Source: an uncultured delta proteobacterium (GTDB taxonomy: Bacteria; Desulfobacterota; Desulfomonilia; UBA1062). Taken from it: DNA of 64,000 nucleotides. Positions 50,677-61,330 of this stretch are shown in pieces; position 1 is the first letter of the stretch; every line of letters begins with the position of its first letter. The position numbers were made by a program, and so were the translations under genes. The stretch covers positions 884 through 64,883 of the forward strand of contig CAWAUM010000002.1 in the NCBI GenBank assembly GCA_963785235.1. Direction: 5' to 3'. The notes under the pieces are model-generated. The model was not told the DNA's origin. It saw nothing but the letters and a program-made list of their open reading frames with translations, and ran no database searches.

Positions 50677-51329
50677 TCATTGCACCATCAATTCTCTCAG
50701 CTGATTTTTCGAACCTGGGCCGCGACATCAGTACCGTTGTGGATGCCGGGGCACAGTGGATCCATGTGGATGTAATGGACGGCATTTTTGTCCCGAATAT
50801 CACCATCGGGCCTGTCGTCGTAAGGGGCATCCGTAAGGCTACAAAGGCATTCCTTGACTGTCATCTCATGATCATGGACCCTGAACGGTATATCGACGAC
50901 TTCATCAAGGCAGGCGCTGACGGCATAACCGTGCATGCAGAGGCCACAAGACACCTCCATCGGACTCTAAGCATGATCAGGGAAAGAGGCCTGAAATCAG
51001 GCGTTGCCTTGAACCCCTCCACCCCTTTGGATACGATCAGATATTGCCTGAATGACATCGACCTGGTCCTTATTATGAGTGTGAACCCGGGGTTCGGCGG
51101 GCAGAGCTTCATCGATGCGGTGATACCCAAGATCGCAGATACAAGAACAATGATTTCGGGCCGGACGATCCAATTGCAGGTAGACGGCGGGATCAATAAG
51201 GATAATATAGCCAATCTTACACGGATGGGTGTAGATAACATAGTAGCCGGATCAAGTATCTTTGGCACTGACAACCCTGGAAAGACCATAAAGGAGATGT
51301 TTGACATTGTATCCTCAGTTTCACATTAG
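50673..51329 (+). CDS. rpe: Ribulose-phosphate 3-epimerase
   Basis: IAPSILSADFSNLG and HVDVMDG. Confidence 0.9.
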   Translation: MIIAPSILSADFSNLGRDISTVVDAGAQWIHVDVMDGIFVPNITIGPVVVRGIRKATKAFLDCHLMIMDPERYIDDFIKAGADGITVHAEATRHLHRTLSMIRERGLKSGVALNPSTPLDTIRYCLNDIDLVLIMSVNPGFGGQSFIDAVIPKIADTRTMISGRTIQLQVDGGINKDNIANLTRMGVDNIVAGSSIFGTDNPGKTIKEMFDIVSSVSH

Positions 51330-52917
51330 ATGCGCTTCGGCATTCGTGCTTCTCGGCCTGCTCATCGGGTGCGCCCACGCCCCTGTTGTTGAGAATTCAC
51401 CCTATGAGACAGTACAGGATAAAAACCTTATCATGATGCTCGCACGATATGAGGAGAACCAGGGGAATTGGCCGAAGGCGTTAGAGCTGTATTCACGCAT
51501 TGAAGATCCCTTTGCCTGGCTCGCAAAGGCAAGGATCTACTTCATCCTGGAAGACAGCGCTACAGCCCTTACCTCGCTTAAGAAGGTTATCGATGAAGGA
51601 ACATATATCGGAGATGCCCTGGAGATGAGGACCAGGATTTTTGCCAAAGACGGCAACTGGCAAATGGCGATCCAAGATACCGAGGTCCTTATCAAAAAAT
51701 ACCCTGATAACATCCAGCTCAAACTGTTTCTTGCCAATCTTAAGGTCATCACGGGTGACTTCAAGCAGGCCCAGGCCATCCTCAAAGGTCTGATCGGCAA
51801 GGGTGATGACAGCATCATTTATTACACCATATCCAAGGCGTGCATGGGGGCCAGGGACTTCACCTGCGCCAAGGAAAACTTGAAAAAGGCCATTGATGCA
51901 AGGCTTGACTTCGTACCTGCATATATTGACCTTGCCCGGCTTCAGAATCTCCTGGGCGAAAAGGCGCAGGCAGAAGAAACCTATCGCAAGCTATTAGATG
52001 TGGACCCGTTCTCCAATGAGGCACATCTGGCCCTGGTTGACTTTTATGTTGATCACAAACGCTACAGAGACGCCATAACCCACCTGAAGTCACTCCTTGA
52101 GGTGGCCCCGGACGGCCTGCTCTTGCGAAAGCTCATTATCCTCGAACTCCAGGAAGGCATGTTTGAGGATGCCCTGATACTCATCAAAGGCCTGAAAGAG
52201 ATAACCGATGATGACAAATACTACCTATCGCTGGCCTATGCAGGCCTTGAAAAGTACGAAGACGCACTGAACATCCTCAAGGAAATCCCTGTTTCAGGAA
52301 GGTTGGGGTGCGACATCACCATGCTCAAGTCCTCCATCCTCAAGAGCATGAACAAGACCGACCAGGCAGTGCTCCTGCTGGAATCTGCTTGGAAAAACTA
52401 TGCGGATCTCGGGACCTGCAATGAGATAGGCTATCAGCTCGCCACTGAACTGGATACCGTGGGAAGGAGGGATGAAGGGTTAAAAATAGCCGAGAATCTA
52501 CTCGAGAAGGATCCGCAAGACCCCATTGCATTGAACTTTATCGGTTATGTGTGGGCAGACCGTGGCGAGAACCTTGATAAGGCATATTCCATGATCAAGG
52601 CTGCCCTTGAGATGAAGCCTGACGATCCCTTCATCCTCGATTCCATGGCCTGGGTGCTTTTTAAAATGGGCAAACCTGCAGAAGCGCTTATAAAGATGGA
52701 AACGGTATTGAAGACCCTGAAAGACGACCCCATTGTGAATGAGCATATGGGAGATATCCTCAAAAGCTTAGGTCAGGCCGACAAGGCCCTCGACTATTAC
52801 CTCAAGTCATCTATCCTTAACCGGTCTGTAAACAACTCCTTAAAGGAAAAGATCAACGTCCTCATCAAGAAGGATAAGAAAGACAGTGATGTGCTCAAGG
52901 AAGGGCTTCTTCCATGA
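51301..52917 (+). CDS. TPR-repeat lipoprotein
   Basis: The signal and lipobox LLGLLIGC. Multiple TPR-like helical repeats; 538 aa. Confidence 0.7.
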   Translation: MTLYPQFHIRCASAFVLLGLLIGCAHAPVVENSPYETVQDKNLIMMLARYEENQGNWPKALELYSRIEDPFAWLAKARIYFILEDSATALTSLKKVIDEGTYIGDALEMRTRIFAKDGNWQMAIQDTEVLIKKYPDNIQLKLFLANLKVITGDFKQAQAILKGLIGKGDDSIIYYTISKACMGARDFTCAKENLKKAIDARLDFVPAYIDLARLQNLLGEKAQAEETYRKLLDVDPFSNEAHLALVDFYVDHKRYRDAITHLKSLLEVAPDGLLLRKLIILELQEGMFEDALILIKGLKEITDDDKYYLSLAYAGLEKYEDALNILKEIPVSGRLGCDITMLKSSILKSMNKTDQAVLLLESAWKNYADLGTCNEIGYQLATELDTVGRRDEGLKIAENLLEKDPQDPIALNFIGYVWADRGENLDKAYSMIKAALEMKPDDPFILDSMAWVLFKMGKPAEALIKMETVLKTLKDDPIVNEHMGDILKSLGQADKALDYYLKSSILNRSVNNSLKEKINVLIKKDKKDSDVLKEGLLP

Positions 52918-53939
52918 GCAACGAAGCAAGGGTCGGCATCTTTGTCGTCTTTATCCTTATCATCTTCTTTATCCTTTCCGTAAAGATCGGGGAATTAAAC
53001 CTGACGAAGAAAGGGACCTACCCGATCACCATGGCATTCTCAACGGTTGAAGGGCTCAAAAACTCCTCTATCCTAGAACTGGCAGGGGTTCAGGTCGGCA
53101 AGGTAACGGGGATTTCGCTGAACAAGGATTACTCAGCGGTAGTTTCTGTTGAACTCGATGAGGACATCAAACTCCCCATCGACTCTACGGCATCCATCGG
53201 GACAAAGGGCGTACTTGGGGATAAGATAATCATATTATCGCCCGGGGTATCAAATAATCTTATTGATCCTGGAGGGAATCTGGCCAGGACAAAGGTTCCA
53301 CCATCCATGGATACTCTGCTCATACAGGTCGGCGAGCTGGCCCGCAACCTCAGTGAATTGAGTGCATCGCTCAATGAGGCCTTTGGTGATCCTGAAATAA
53401 TGAAGGAAATTGTTGTCAACCTGCGCGATCTGAGCGCGAACACCTCCTCCCTTGTAGCTGATAACAAAGACAACATCACGGATATCCTGTCAAACATGAA
53501 GGATCTAACCGAGAATTTTACTGCGGTCTCCCATAACCTTACGGGCACAAGCAAGAATATCGATGAAATGGTCAGCACCATCAGCTCCGGACAGGGCTCA
53601 TTGGGGAAGCTTGTTACCGACGAGTCGCTCTACAATTCCATGGTGGATTTCATGGAGTCTGCCGAGCTGCTCATGGACCGGATGAATGGAAACGGTACAC
53701 TGGGTATGCTCATGAATGACAACACTCTCTATTACGACCTTGCCGAAACAACAAAGAACCTGAAGGTTATCACCGATGATATCGCTTCAGGCAAGGGAAC
53801 CCTCGGGCATCTGATAAAAGATGACGAGGTTTATATGAACCTGAAAGAGACGCTCCATAGCGCAAACCGAGCGGCACAAGGCATTGAGGAACAAACGCCG
53901 ATCACTGTAATGGGGACGATCTTAGGCCTCGTCTGGTAA
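52914..53939 (+). CDS. mlaD: MCE/MlaD-family protein with a long repeat-containing C-terminal extension
   Basis: An N-terminal TM helix. The MCE domain is ...ITMAFSTVEGLKNSSILELAGVQVGKVTGISL.... Confidence 0.75.
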   Translation: MSNEARVGIFVVFILIIFFILSVKIGELNLTKKGTYPITMAFSTVEGLKNSSILELAGVQVGKVTGISLNKDYSAVVSVELDEDIKLPIDSTASIGTKGVLGDKIIILSPGVSNNLIDPGGNLARTKVPPSMDTLLIQVGELARNLSELSASLNEAFGDPEIMKEIVVNLRDLSANTSSLVADNKDNITDILSNMKDLTENFTAVSHNLTGTSKNIDEMVSTISSGQGSLGKLVTDESLYNSMVDFMESAELLMDRMNGNGTLGMLMNDNTLYYDLAETTKNLKVITDDIASGKGTLGHLIKDDEVYMNLKETLHSANRAAQGIEEQTPITVMGTILGLVW

Positions 53940-53943
53940 TTAC

Positions 53944-55270
53944 ATGAACCCTGGGCTGTTTTTCCGTTGCTTGAGCCTCCTCTTATTCGTGTCCTTCCTT
54001 TTGTCTGTGCCGGTATGTGCAGGCCAGATCTATGCCGATCCTGTGTTTTCCTACGAATCGCAAATTGGTGAGCGCACTATCCACGGGTTTGGCCCAATCC
54101 TTGAATTCTCTGACCATATAAGGGCGCTACGGCCGTTTTACTATAACGACAGGGATACTTCGGAGACGGACATCCTCTATCCGCTGGGCCGTTTTACGAA
54201 AGAACGTGGCCTCTTCTTTCCCCTCTACAGGTATACCGACCAGGAGGAAACGGAGGACTTGAAGCACACCGAGATCTTCCCTGTATTTTATGGGAGATAT
54301 AAAGATACCTCATATTGGGGCGTATTTCCTGTCTATGGAACCATGTATCACCGGTTCGGCTATACAAGGGCGCGTTTCTTTCTGCTGCCGCTCTATGCCG
54401 ATACAACTCTCGATGAGAAGACCACCTACACAGTTCTCTGGCCCATTTTTTCATACAGCGAAGGGAGGCTCTTCAGGGTCTTTCCCCTCTATGGATGGAA
54501 AAAAACCGCACGATTCTACATCCCAATATTTTCTCTGGCCATTCATCCAAAACTCCAGAGGCCCGGATGACCATAGAATGGATGCAGTCCTGCCTCTGTT
54601 CCAGTATGATCGGGGATCAACTTACTACAATATTTCCATCCTCTGGCCGTTCTTCACCTACAACCAAGATGATCTGGCCCATCACACGAGCGTGGATTTC
54701 CCCTGGCCCCTTATCCGCATTGCATCCGGGGCATATGAAGAAATTAAGATTTTCCCGTTTTACTGGACTAATACCGATGGCAAGACATATTCCAAGAGGC
54801 ACATCTTATGGCCCCTGTGGTCCAAGAGATCATGGAACTACGAAGACACAGGCACTGAAGAAGAGACTATCACCATACTCCTCATGAACTGGTTTACAAA
54901 AAAGACATTGCAAGATGGACAGATTTCAAGAAGGGTAATCCTCTGGCCATTTCTTTACACCTCCCAGGAGGGAGACCGCAGCGAGTGGCACCTCCCGTGC
55001 ATCTTCCCTCTCTTTTTCGATGAAGGATTTGCACGGGTCTGGGGACCGGTTCTCAGTATTGCCGAAGGAGCCTCGGATGGGTCATCATCTGAGATGAGCA
55101 TCCTCTGGCGTACAATATATATGGAAAAGAAGGGGGATGTTCAGAGATTATCGCTGTCTTTTCTGGCTTCCACAACCCAGACACCTGCGTATCGACAGTG
55201 GGGGTTCCTTGGTAACCTGCTGAGTTTCAAGCAGGCCATCAAGAAAACTGATTCTGCCATAGGTGACTGA
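53944..55270 (+). CDS. Secreted protein of about 440 aa built from roughly 16 degenerate repeats of the form hydrophobic-(L/F)(W/F)P(L/F)(F/Y)xYxxxG. An A7 homopolymer near 54517-54523 splits it into two ORFs.
   Basis: Repeats such as VLWPIFSYSEG, ILWPFFTYNQD, ILWPLWSKRSW and ILWPFLYTSQEG. It has a signal peptide. I recognise no named family for it. Confidence 0.55.
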
Positions 55271-55490
55271 AAAACCTTAAGTACAGTCTTTTAGTGAAAG
55301 TAATTCCTCCCCTCGTTACACCTAGCCTTTGGAGCCCTCCAACATTATGGGGTAAACACCATACTATGGTCTAATGCCCTCTGGCACAAAGGGAATGCCT
55401 TACTTTTCCAGCATCACCCCCATTATCTTTAATAGAGAGAAATCAAAACATTACTTATCAGTTACTATATATACCCACCTGCGAACCACA

Positions 55491-55505
55491 TGGCACAGTT
55501 TTCGC
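55491..55505 (+). promoter_or_regulatory. Possible sigma-54 promoter upstream of the GctA-like gene
   Basis: TGGCACAGTTTTCGC has the GG-N10-GC spacing, with a weaker -12 element (TCGC). Confidence 0.3.
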
Positions 55506-55548
55506 TTTGTCTATGTAGATTGCAGGGAAAACAAGGGGGTAATAGTCA

Positions 55549-56637
55549 ATGAGTTCATTCCAGTATAACCAAGAGGCTCTTAATAATCTCCAGATCGAAG
55601 ACACAAGCATCCTCGACAGGCTCGTAGACTTCGAATCGGCCAGAAAAGCCCACCTCAAAAAGGAACACGCAAAGGTGGACAAGAGGATGTCTCTCAAAGA
55701 TGCGATCGCAACCTTTGTGACCGATGGTGATGTCATGACTGATTCGGGGTTTGCCTATGTCAGGACACCCCACCAGGCCTTCTGGGAGATCATGCGCCAG
55801 GGAAAGAAAAACCTGCAGTGCATTGCCGCACCAAACACCAACCACAGCTTCTTGATCTTCAACAACAACTGCGATTACTCGCACAACTCCTACGTGGGTG
55901 TAGAGATGCGCGGTATTGACCGGAACTATGACCGCATGCTCAGGGAAGGCAGGGTAAAGATCCTTTCAGAGTGGAGCCACGGCGGCGTGGCCCTGGGGCT
56001 CAAGGCCGCCCAGCTCGGAACACCAGGCGTGTTCAGTAAGCAGATGCTCGGATCGGACATAGTCAAATATAATCCGTACATCCAGGTCGTGCAGAACCCT
56101 ATAAGGAAAGACCCTGACCCGGTGGTATTCATCCCGGCTCTCTATCCTGATGTATCCATAATCCACTGCCAGGTTGCTGACAAATACGGCAATGCCTACA
56201 TCTACGGACCAACGGTCAATGACGTGGCCACTGCCGCTGCCGCACGTAAGCTCATAATCACGGCCGAGGAGATCGTACCCGAGTCCGATATCCGGAACAG
56301 GCAGGGGACCATCATCCCCTTCTTCTATGCGGACGCCGTGGTGGAGTTGCCCTTCGGGGCCGTTCCCGGGAACATGCCCGGCTACTACTACTGGTCCCGC
56401 CAATGGTGGGAAAAACTGATCAGGTTCGGCTGTACCAATAACGAGAACATGAAGTTATTCTTCGACGAATGGGTCCATGGCGTAAAGGATCAGTTCGAGT
56501 TCGTGGACAAGCTTGGCGGGGCAAAATGGATCGCCGAGGCGAGGATTCAGACCAAGGCGGCCGAAGGCGACCACGAAGATATAGACTTCTCATACGAAGA
56601 ATACACCCGGACACATGACTCCGGGCTTTATTACTAA
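55549..56637 (+). CDS. CoA-transferase family I, subunit A (glutaconate CoA-transferase GctA-like)
   Basis: A 362-aa alpha subunit directly followed by the beta subunit. Confidence 0.7.
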   Translation: MSSFQYNQEALNNLQIEDTSILDRLVDFESARKAHLKKEHAKVDKRMSLKDAIATFVTDGDVMTDSGFAYVRTPHQAFWEIMRQGKKNLQCIAAPNTNHSFLIFNNNCDYSHNSYVGVEMRGIDRNYDRMLREGRVKILSEWSHGGVALGLKAAQLGTPGVFSKQMLGSDIVKYNPYIQVVQNPIRKDPDPVVFIPALYPDVSIIHCQVADKYGNAYIYGPTVNDVATAAAARKLIITAEEIVPESDIRNRQGTIIPFFYADAVVELPFGAVPGNMPGYYYWSRQWWEKLIRFGCTNNENMKLFFDEWVHGVKDQFEFVDKLGGAKWIAEARIQTKAAEGDHEDIDFSYEEYTRTHDSGLYY

Positions 56638-56651
56638 GACTGGAGGATACC

Positions 56652-57452
56652 ATGAAAGACTTAAACGCACCTGCCAACCCGCTGGAGATGCTCGGATATA
56701 TCCTTGCACAGCAGATCCACGACCATCAGGTCGTCTATATCGGCACCGGGATCCCCATGATCGCCGGTATCCTGGCAAGGAAGACCCATGCCCCGAACAT
56801 CACCATGGTCTATGAGTCCGGCGGCCAGGACCCCCTGCCGGCCGACCTGCCCTGGTCCGTGGGCTGTCCCTTCACCTGGCGCAAATCCCCTGTGGTCATG
56901 GAGATGGCATACTCCTTTGCCCAGTGTTACAACGGATTCATGGACATCGCCTTTCTGGGTTTTGCCCAGGTGGACATGTACGGTAACGTGAACACCCATC
57001 AGATCGGGACCGACCTCCTCCACCCAAAGGTCCGCATGACCGGTTCAGGAGGAAATAACGACCTTGCCTCACTGGCCGAAAATCTGGTTCTTGTGGGTGT
57101 CCAGACCCCTGACAAGTTCCCGGCCAAGGTTGACTTCATGACCTCGGTAGGTCACTTGACAGGCGGGAAATCACGCAAGGAGGCAGGCCTGCTAGGGAAC
57201 GGTCCAGGAGTGGTCATCTCCCAGTGCGGTGAGTTCGACTTCGAACCGGTGACCAAGCGCATGCGGGTCAAGTCGCTGCTGCCCGGGTGGACCTTTGACT
57301 TTACCCAGCAGTTCACGGGGTTCGAACTGCTGAAGCCCGAGGGCGAGATCCCGCAGACACCGGTGATCCCGGATGATATCCTGAAGCTCCTCAGGACCGA
57401 GGTGGACCCGAGGGGGCGTATTCACCACCATGCCCACGGCCTGATGGGCTAA
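56652..57452 (+). CDS. CoA-transferase family I, subunit B (GctB-like)
   Basis: The catalytic-Glu region is YESGGQ. It pairs with the upstream A subunit. Confidence 0.75.
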   Translation: MKDLNAPANPLEMLGYILAQQIHDHQVVYIGTGIPMIAGILARKTHAPNITMVYESGGQDPLPADLPWSVGCPFTWRKSPVVMEMAYSFAQCYNGFMDIAFLGFAQVDMYGNVNTHQIGTDLLHPKVRMTGSGGNNDLASLAENLVLVGVQTPDKFPAKVDFMTSVGHLTGGKSRKEAGLLGNGPGVVISQCGEFDFEPVTKRMRVKSLLPGWTFDFTQQFTGFELLKPEGEIPQTPVIPDDILKLLRTEVDPRGRIHHHAHGLMG

Positions 57453-57572
57453 TAATAACGGGATGCCCCCTGTAAACGAGGGCATCCCTCTTCATAACGC
57501 TCTTAGCCACCTTTTTTCTGCAACAGCCGGGTACCCGAGACAAGATGGTTCCCGGTTGCGGCTTTATCAGTT

Positions 57573-58070
57573 CTATTCGTACGTTACGAACCTGTCCTTC
57601 TTGGCCCCACAGACCGGACATTCTTCAGGCAGGATGCCATCAGAGACATACCCGCAGACATCGCAGACATAATAAGTAGTCTGCCTTTCTTCAAGAACAT
57701 GGTCCATGGCCTCTTTGTAGAGCTTGGCGTGGATCTCTTCCACATCGCGGGACTGGCTGAAGTAGACTGATGCGGCCCGGTCACCTACCTCTTCGGCATA
57801 TTTAATGAAGTTGTCGTATGCTATGCCCGCTACCCTTGTTTCCGACTCGAAGCTCTCGGCAAGGTTTTCCTCAGTGCTCTTGATTTCCCTCATCAGCCTA
57901 AGAGCCCTCTTTCCATGGAGTTCTTCAGAGAAGGATATTACGCGGAAGAGCTTTGCAAGCTGGGGGTACCCTTCCTGATCCGCCTTTTCTGCAAAGACCT
58001 TGAGCCTGAGGCTGGCCTTTGATTCACCGGTATATGCCTGATGCATGGCATCTTTGATCTTCTCATCCAT
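57573..58070 (-). CDS. rbr: Rubrerythrin: a ferritin-like di-iron domain plus a C-terminal rubredoxin-like CxxC...CxxC
   Basis: EEIHAKLY..., and a C-terminal YVCDVCGY...CPVCGA. Confidence 0.9.
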   Translation of the reverse strand: MDEKIKDAMHQAYTGESKASLRLKVFAEKADQEGYPQLAKLFRVISFSEELHGKRALRLMREIKSTEENLAESFESETRVAGIAYDNFIKYAEEVGDRAASVYFSQSRDVEEIHAKLYKEAMDHVLEERQTTYYVCDVCGYVSDGILPEECPVCGAKKDRFVTYE

Positions 58071-58914
58071 TGCAAACTCCTCCCATAGAATTCATTGCTC
58101 CCTGACCTGTATAGTTATATTCCATTATTTCCTTCAGATCGATATCATTTCTTATGCCGATCCTGGTAAGGGCAAAATCATATTTAACCGGGTCCTCAGG
58201 CACGAAAGCCCGGAAGCCTTGCGTTATCTCAAGGGCCGTAGTGAGGTCAGCGGGTTTGCGTGAGGTCATTCCAAGGGCCATGCAGATCCTGTGCATATGG
58301 ACATCCAAGGGTACAATAAGTTTAGATGGAGATATTTCATCCCATCCGCCAGGATCCACTGCATCACTGCGTACCATCCACCGCAGAAAGAGGTGGAGCC
58401 TTTTGCATGCACTCCTCTTTTCCGGACAGGGGAGAAGGCTGTTTTCCTTTATGCTCAGGTGTTCCTTGATCTCTTGTACGAACAACTCAAGAGAACGGGT
58501 AATATCATGATCCTGGGGCTCATAATGCCTCAGGAAACTTTGGTGAAGGGACCCATTGACTTTGATTACCTTCTGAATGGCTATGAGGAAATCCACCATC
58601 TCTTCTCCCGTGGTGAAACGATGTTTAAACCTAGAGAATTCTCTCTCAAGGGAAACCCTTGAGGCGCTCTCAAGAAATTTTCTCGGAGAAGGAACCATCT
58701 TGTGGAGTATGCTGGAAACACTTTTTAAAATCTGTGCAACCCTGCCATAGGCTAAAGAAGAAGCAATGAGGCCCACGATCTCCCGGTCAGCGGTCTGTGG
58801 GTATAGCTGAAGGAATTCAAGTGGGTCCGGGTGGATGAACCCTGGCCTGTTGTAGGTAGTATAGAGTTTTTCCAGGAGACTGCCCTTCTGGGCAAATGTA
58901 AGTCTCATCTTCAT
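58063..58914 (-). CDS. Conserved hypothetical protein, possibly of the TIGR02757/DUF2400 family
   Basis: A motif ...CKRLHLFLRWMVR is present. The family assignment rests on memory only. Confidence 0.35.
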   Translation of the reverse strand: MKMRLTFAQKGSLLEKLYTTYNRPGFIHPDPLEFLQLYPQTADREIVGLIASSLAYGRVAQILKSVSSILHKMVPSPRKFLESASRVSLEREFSRFKHRFTTGEEMVDFLIAIQKVIKVNGSLHQSFLRHYEPQDHDITRSLELFVQEIKEHLSIKENSLLPCPEKRSACKRLHLFLRWMVRSDAVDPGGWDEISPSKLIVPLDVHMHRICMALGMTSRKPADLTTALEITQGFRAFVPEDPVKYDFALTRIGIRNDIDLKEIMEYNYTGQGAMNSMGGVCNG

Positions 58915-59048
58915 TATGGCTGCTTAAGGCCTTCTTGGGTAGCCTAATAATGCGTTGGCAGGGCAGGCCAAATAAACCTGCCCTGTCCTGGTTCAATAAT
59001 TTTGGTGCGCCCCGGTAGGACTGGTGCGCTCAGGGCGTTTTGAAAACA

Positions 59049-59217
59049 TCACTCGGGCGAGAACTCACTCTTGTCCGCTCCGCATACCGGACAGGTCCAA
59101 TCGTCGGGCAGCTTGTCAAAGGGCGTCCCGGCAGGGATATCCGCCTCAGGGTCGCCTTTTGACGGATCATATACATAACCACAAACACCACAAACGTATT
59201 TCTGCATCGTAACCTCC
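59049..59217 (-). CDS. rub: Rubredoxin, 55 aa. It is not in the ORF track.
   Basis: [44 protein letters not shown]. Confidence 0.85.
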
Positions 59218-59223
59218 AAAAAT

Positions 59224-60442
59224 TTATTCTTTTATTTTATGGCCGGCTTTTTTTAATTTCTCAGCAACACCCTTGCCGAGTTCAAAACATTTCAGAAGGG
59301 TGTCCTTATCCGGCACATATTTCGCCTTGATGGGATCGCTTACGAGATCGACCTTCATGTCTGAAAGGATGTCGTGCACCTGCTTGGGTGACTCACCGCT
59401 CCATCCATAGGAACCGAATGCGGCACCTAGTAGGTTTGCCGGCCTTAATCCTTTCAGGTAGGTGAGGACGTCGGCCATTGCGGGCAACAAATTATTATTG
59501 AGCGTAGGAGAGCCTGCAATGAGTGCACCGGCATCAAGGACCTCGTAGGCCACGTCGCTGCGGTGGAACGCACTCATGGACATCATCTTCACGCTGCGAG
59601 CCCCCTGACATGAGCCCCTCCTCGATTGCCCTGGCCATATGCTCGGTGCTATGCCACATGGTCTGGTAGACGATAACGGCCTTATCGGTGGGTTTCTGCT
59701 CCGCCCAGGTCTTGTACAGGCCGAGTATCCAGGGAAGATCCTTCCTCCAGACCGGACCATGATCAGGCGCCACGATCCGGATGTCCAACGTGGAGGCGGC
59801 AACCTTGTCTAATAACTTTAAGACAAGAGGGGAATAGGGGAGCAGGATATTGCCATAATACGTAGCGGCCTCATACTCTATGATATCCTTTTTGATTTCA
59901 TCTGCAAAACGCTCACCTGTGGCCAGATGCATGCCAAAGGCATCCTGGGAAAAGAGGAGCTTATCCTCATGCAGATAGCTGAACATGCTGTCAGGCCAAT
60001 GGAGCATGCGGGTTTCCATGAAGGTGATGTTCATGTTCCCAAGGCTCAGTTTTTCGCCATCTTTAACCGGTATGATCTCATCATCTATGCTGAAGTGATC
60101 ATGAAGGGCCTTGACCCCCATCTGGGAGGCAAAGACCTTCTCCGGATTCACCTCATTAATTACCTGCCCGAGGCAGCCTGAATGGTCCATCTCGGAATGG
60201 TTTGAAATGATATAATCAATCTCTTTCGGATCAATAAGCCCGGCAATACGGGCAAGCATCTCATCCTTGAATGGGGCCTTTACCGTATCGATAAGGGTTA
60301 CTTTATCAGCAAGCACGAGATATGCATTGTAGGTGCTGCCTCGCTTGGTGGTGTATCCGTGGAAATCACGGATCGTCCAATCGACAGCACCAACCCAGTA
60401 TACCTTATCACTGATTTGAATGGGTTTAAAAATGCCGGACAC
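59224..60442 (-). CDS. Flavodiiron protein (rubredoxin:oxygen oxidoreductase/FprA): a metallo-beta-lactamase-like domain plus a flavodoxin domain. Frameshifted near 59600.
   Basis: NHSEMDHSG is the di-iron site. The flavodoxin half ([10 protein letters not shown]...) is in the adjacent ORF. The junction lies at a G5/C5 run. Confidence 0.8.
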
Positions 60443-60508
60443 TTTTCTTTACTCCTTTTGATTTTTCAATTCTTAACCTGAAACATTAATCGGCTTGCAA
60501 TATCATAC

Positions 60509-60883
60509 TTAACCCTTCCAGAGTCCATGGAGATTGCAATATTCCCTCGCTGTTACCTGTGCTGCATCCAGACAGAACTCTGCTTCAGGGGCATCGCCGG
60601 GTTTTAAGAATTTTCTGTAGGCCACGCCATCAGCGATGAGTTCGATCCATTCGATATAATGTTTCTCCTCCATCGGATGGGTAACACTGCCAACCTTGAC
60701 CTTGAAGCCTTTGGCGGTCTTTTCAATAACCGGAACATGCTTTTCCTTTGCAGCATCAACGGTGTTTTCCTTATAGAGCTTCATGGGTTGGCCGCAGCAT
60801 ACGAGCTCCCCTTTGCCTTCATGGAGAACTTCAACAATATTTCCACACACCTCACACTTATATACCTCAAGCCTGCTCGTCAT
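60509..60883 (-). CDS. dfx: Desulfoferrodoxin (2Fe superoxide reductase)
   Basis: The N-terminal desulforedoxin motif [10 protein letters not shown]...CCGQPM, and a C-terminal SOR domain. Confidence 0.9.
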   Translation of the reverse strand: MTSRLEVYKCEVCGNIVEVLHEGKGELVCCGQPMKLYKENTVDAAKEKHVPVIEKTAKGFKVKVGSVTHPMEEKHYIEWIELIADGVAYRKFLKPGDAPEAEFCLDAAQVTAREYCNLHGLWKG

Positions 60884-61198
60884 GATTCATTCCTCCTCTC
60901 ATACTATTGATAATGGTTATCGTTATAGGTAGTTATTGAAGCTCTCCCTGTCAAGGGCAATATGGGAACCTCAGTAATTTATTATAATAACATGTTTTTA
61001 AAAAAGAATCAATCAAGGGCAATCTGCTATACGTGGTGGAAGTAGTTTATGTATTAACCATACAGTAGGCCTCTAAACCTTTTGACCTGGCACACTAATC
61101 CAAATGGGCTCAAACACAAGATTCATAAGCAAAAGTGTCCGGCAATTTCCATATTGACAGGGGTGTCTTTGGCTGTTATGAAAGACTTCCGTTATACT

Positions 61199-61284
61199 GC
61201 CGAAGTGGTGGAATTGGCAGACACGCCATCTTGAGGGGGTGGTGGGTAACTCCCGTCCGGGTTCAAATCCCGGCTTCGGCACCA
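61199..61284 (+). tRNA. tRNA-Leu (anticodon GAG), type II with a long variable arm
   Basis: The anticodon stem is CCATC/GGTGG and the loop is TTGAGGG. The T-arm is CCGGG-TTCAAAT-CCCGG. The acceptor is GCCGAAG/CTTCGGC followed by ACCA. Confidence 0.8.
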
Positions 61285-61330
61285 CTTGAATTATTTTTTA
61301 TACATAAAAGCAGAAAGAGAGTAGGCATCC

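Noticed and set aside
54510-54530. The A7 tract treated as a proven phase-variation switch
   Set aside because: Seven A's is short for slipped-strand switching. The contig also shows homopolymer indels elsewhere, so a sequencing error is at least as likely. I kept it only as a flagged possibility.
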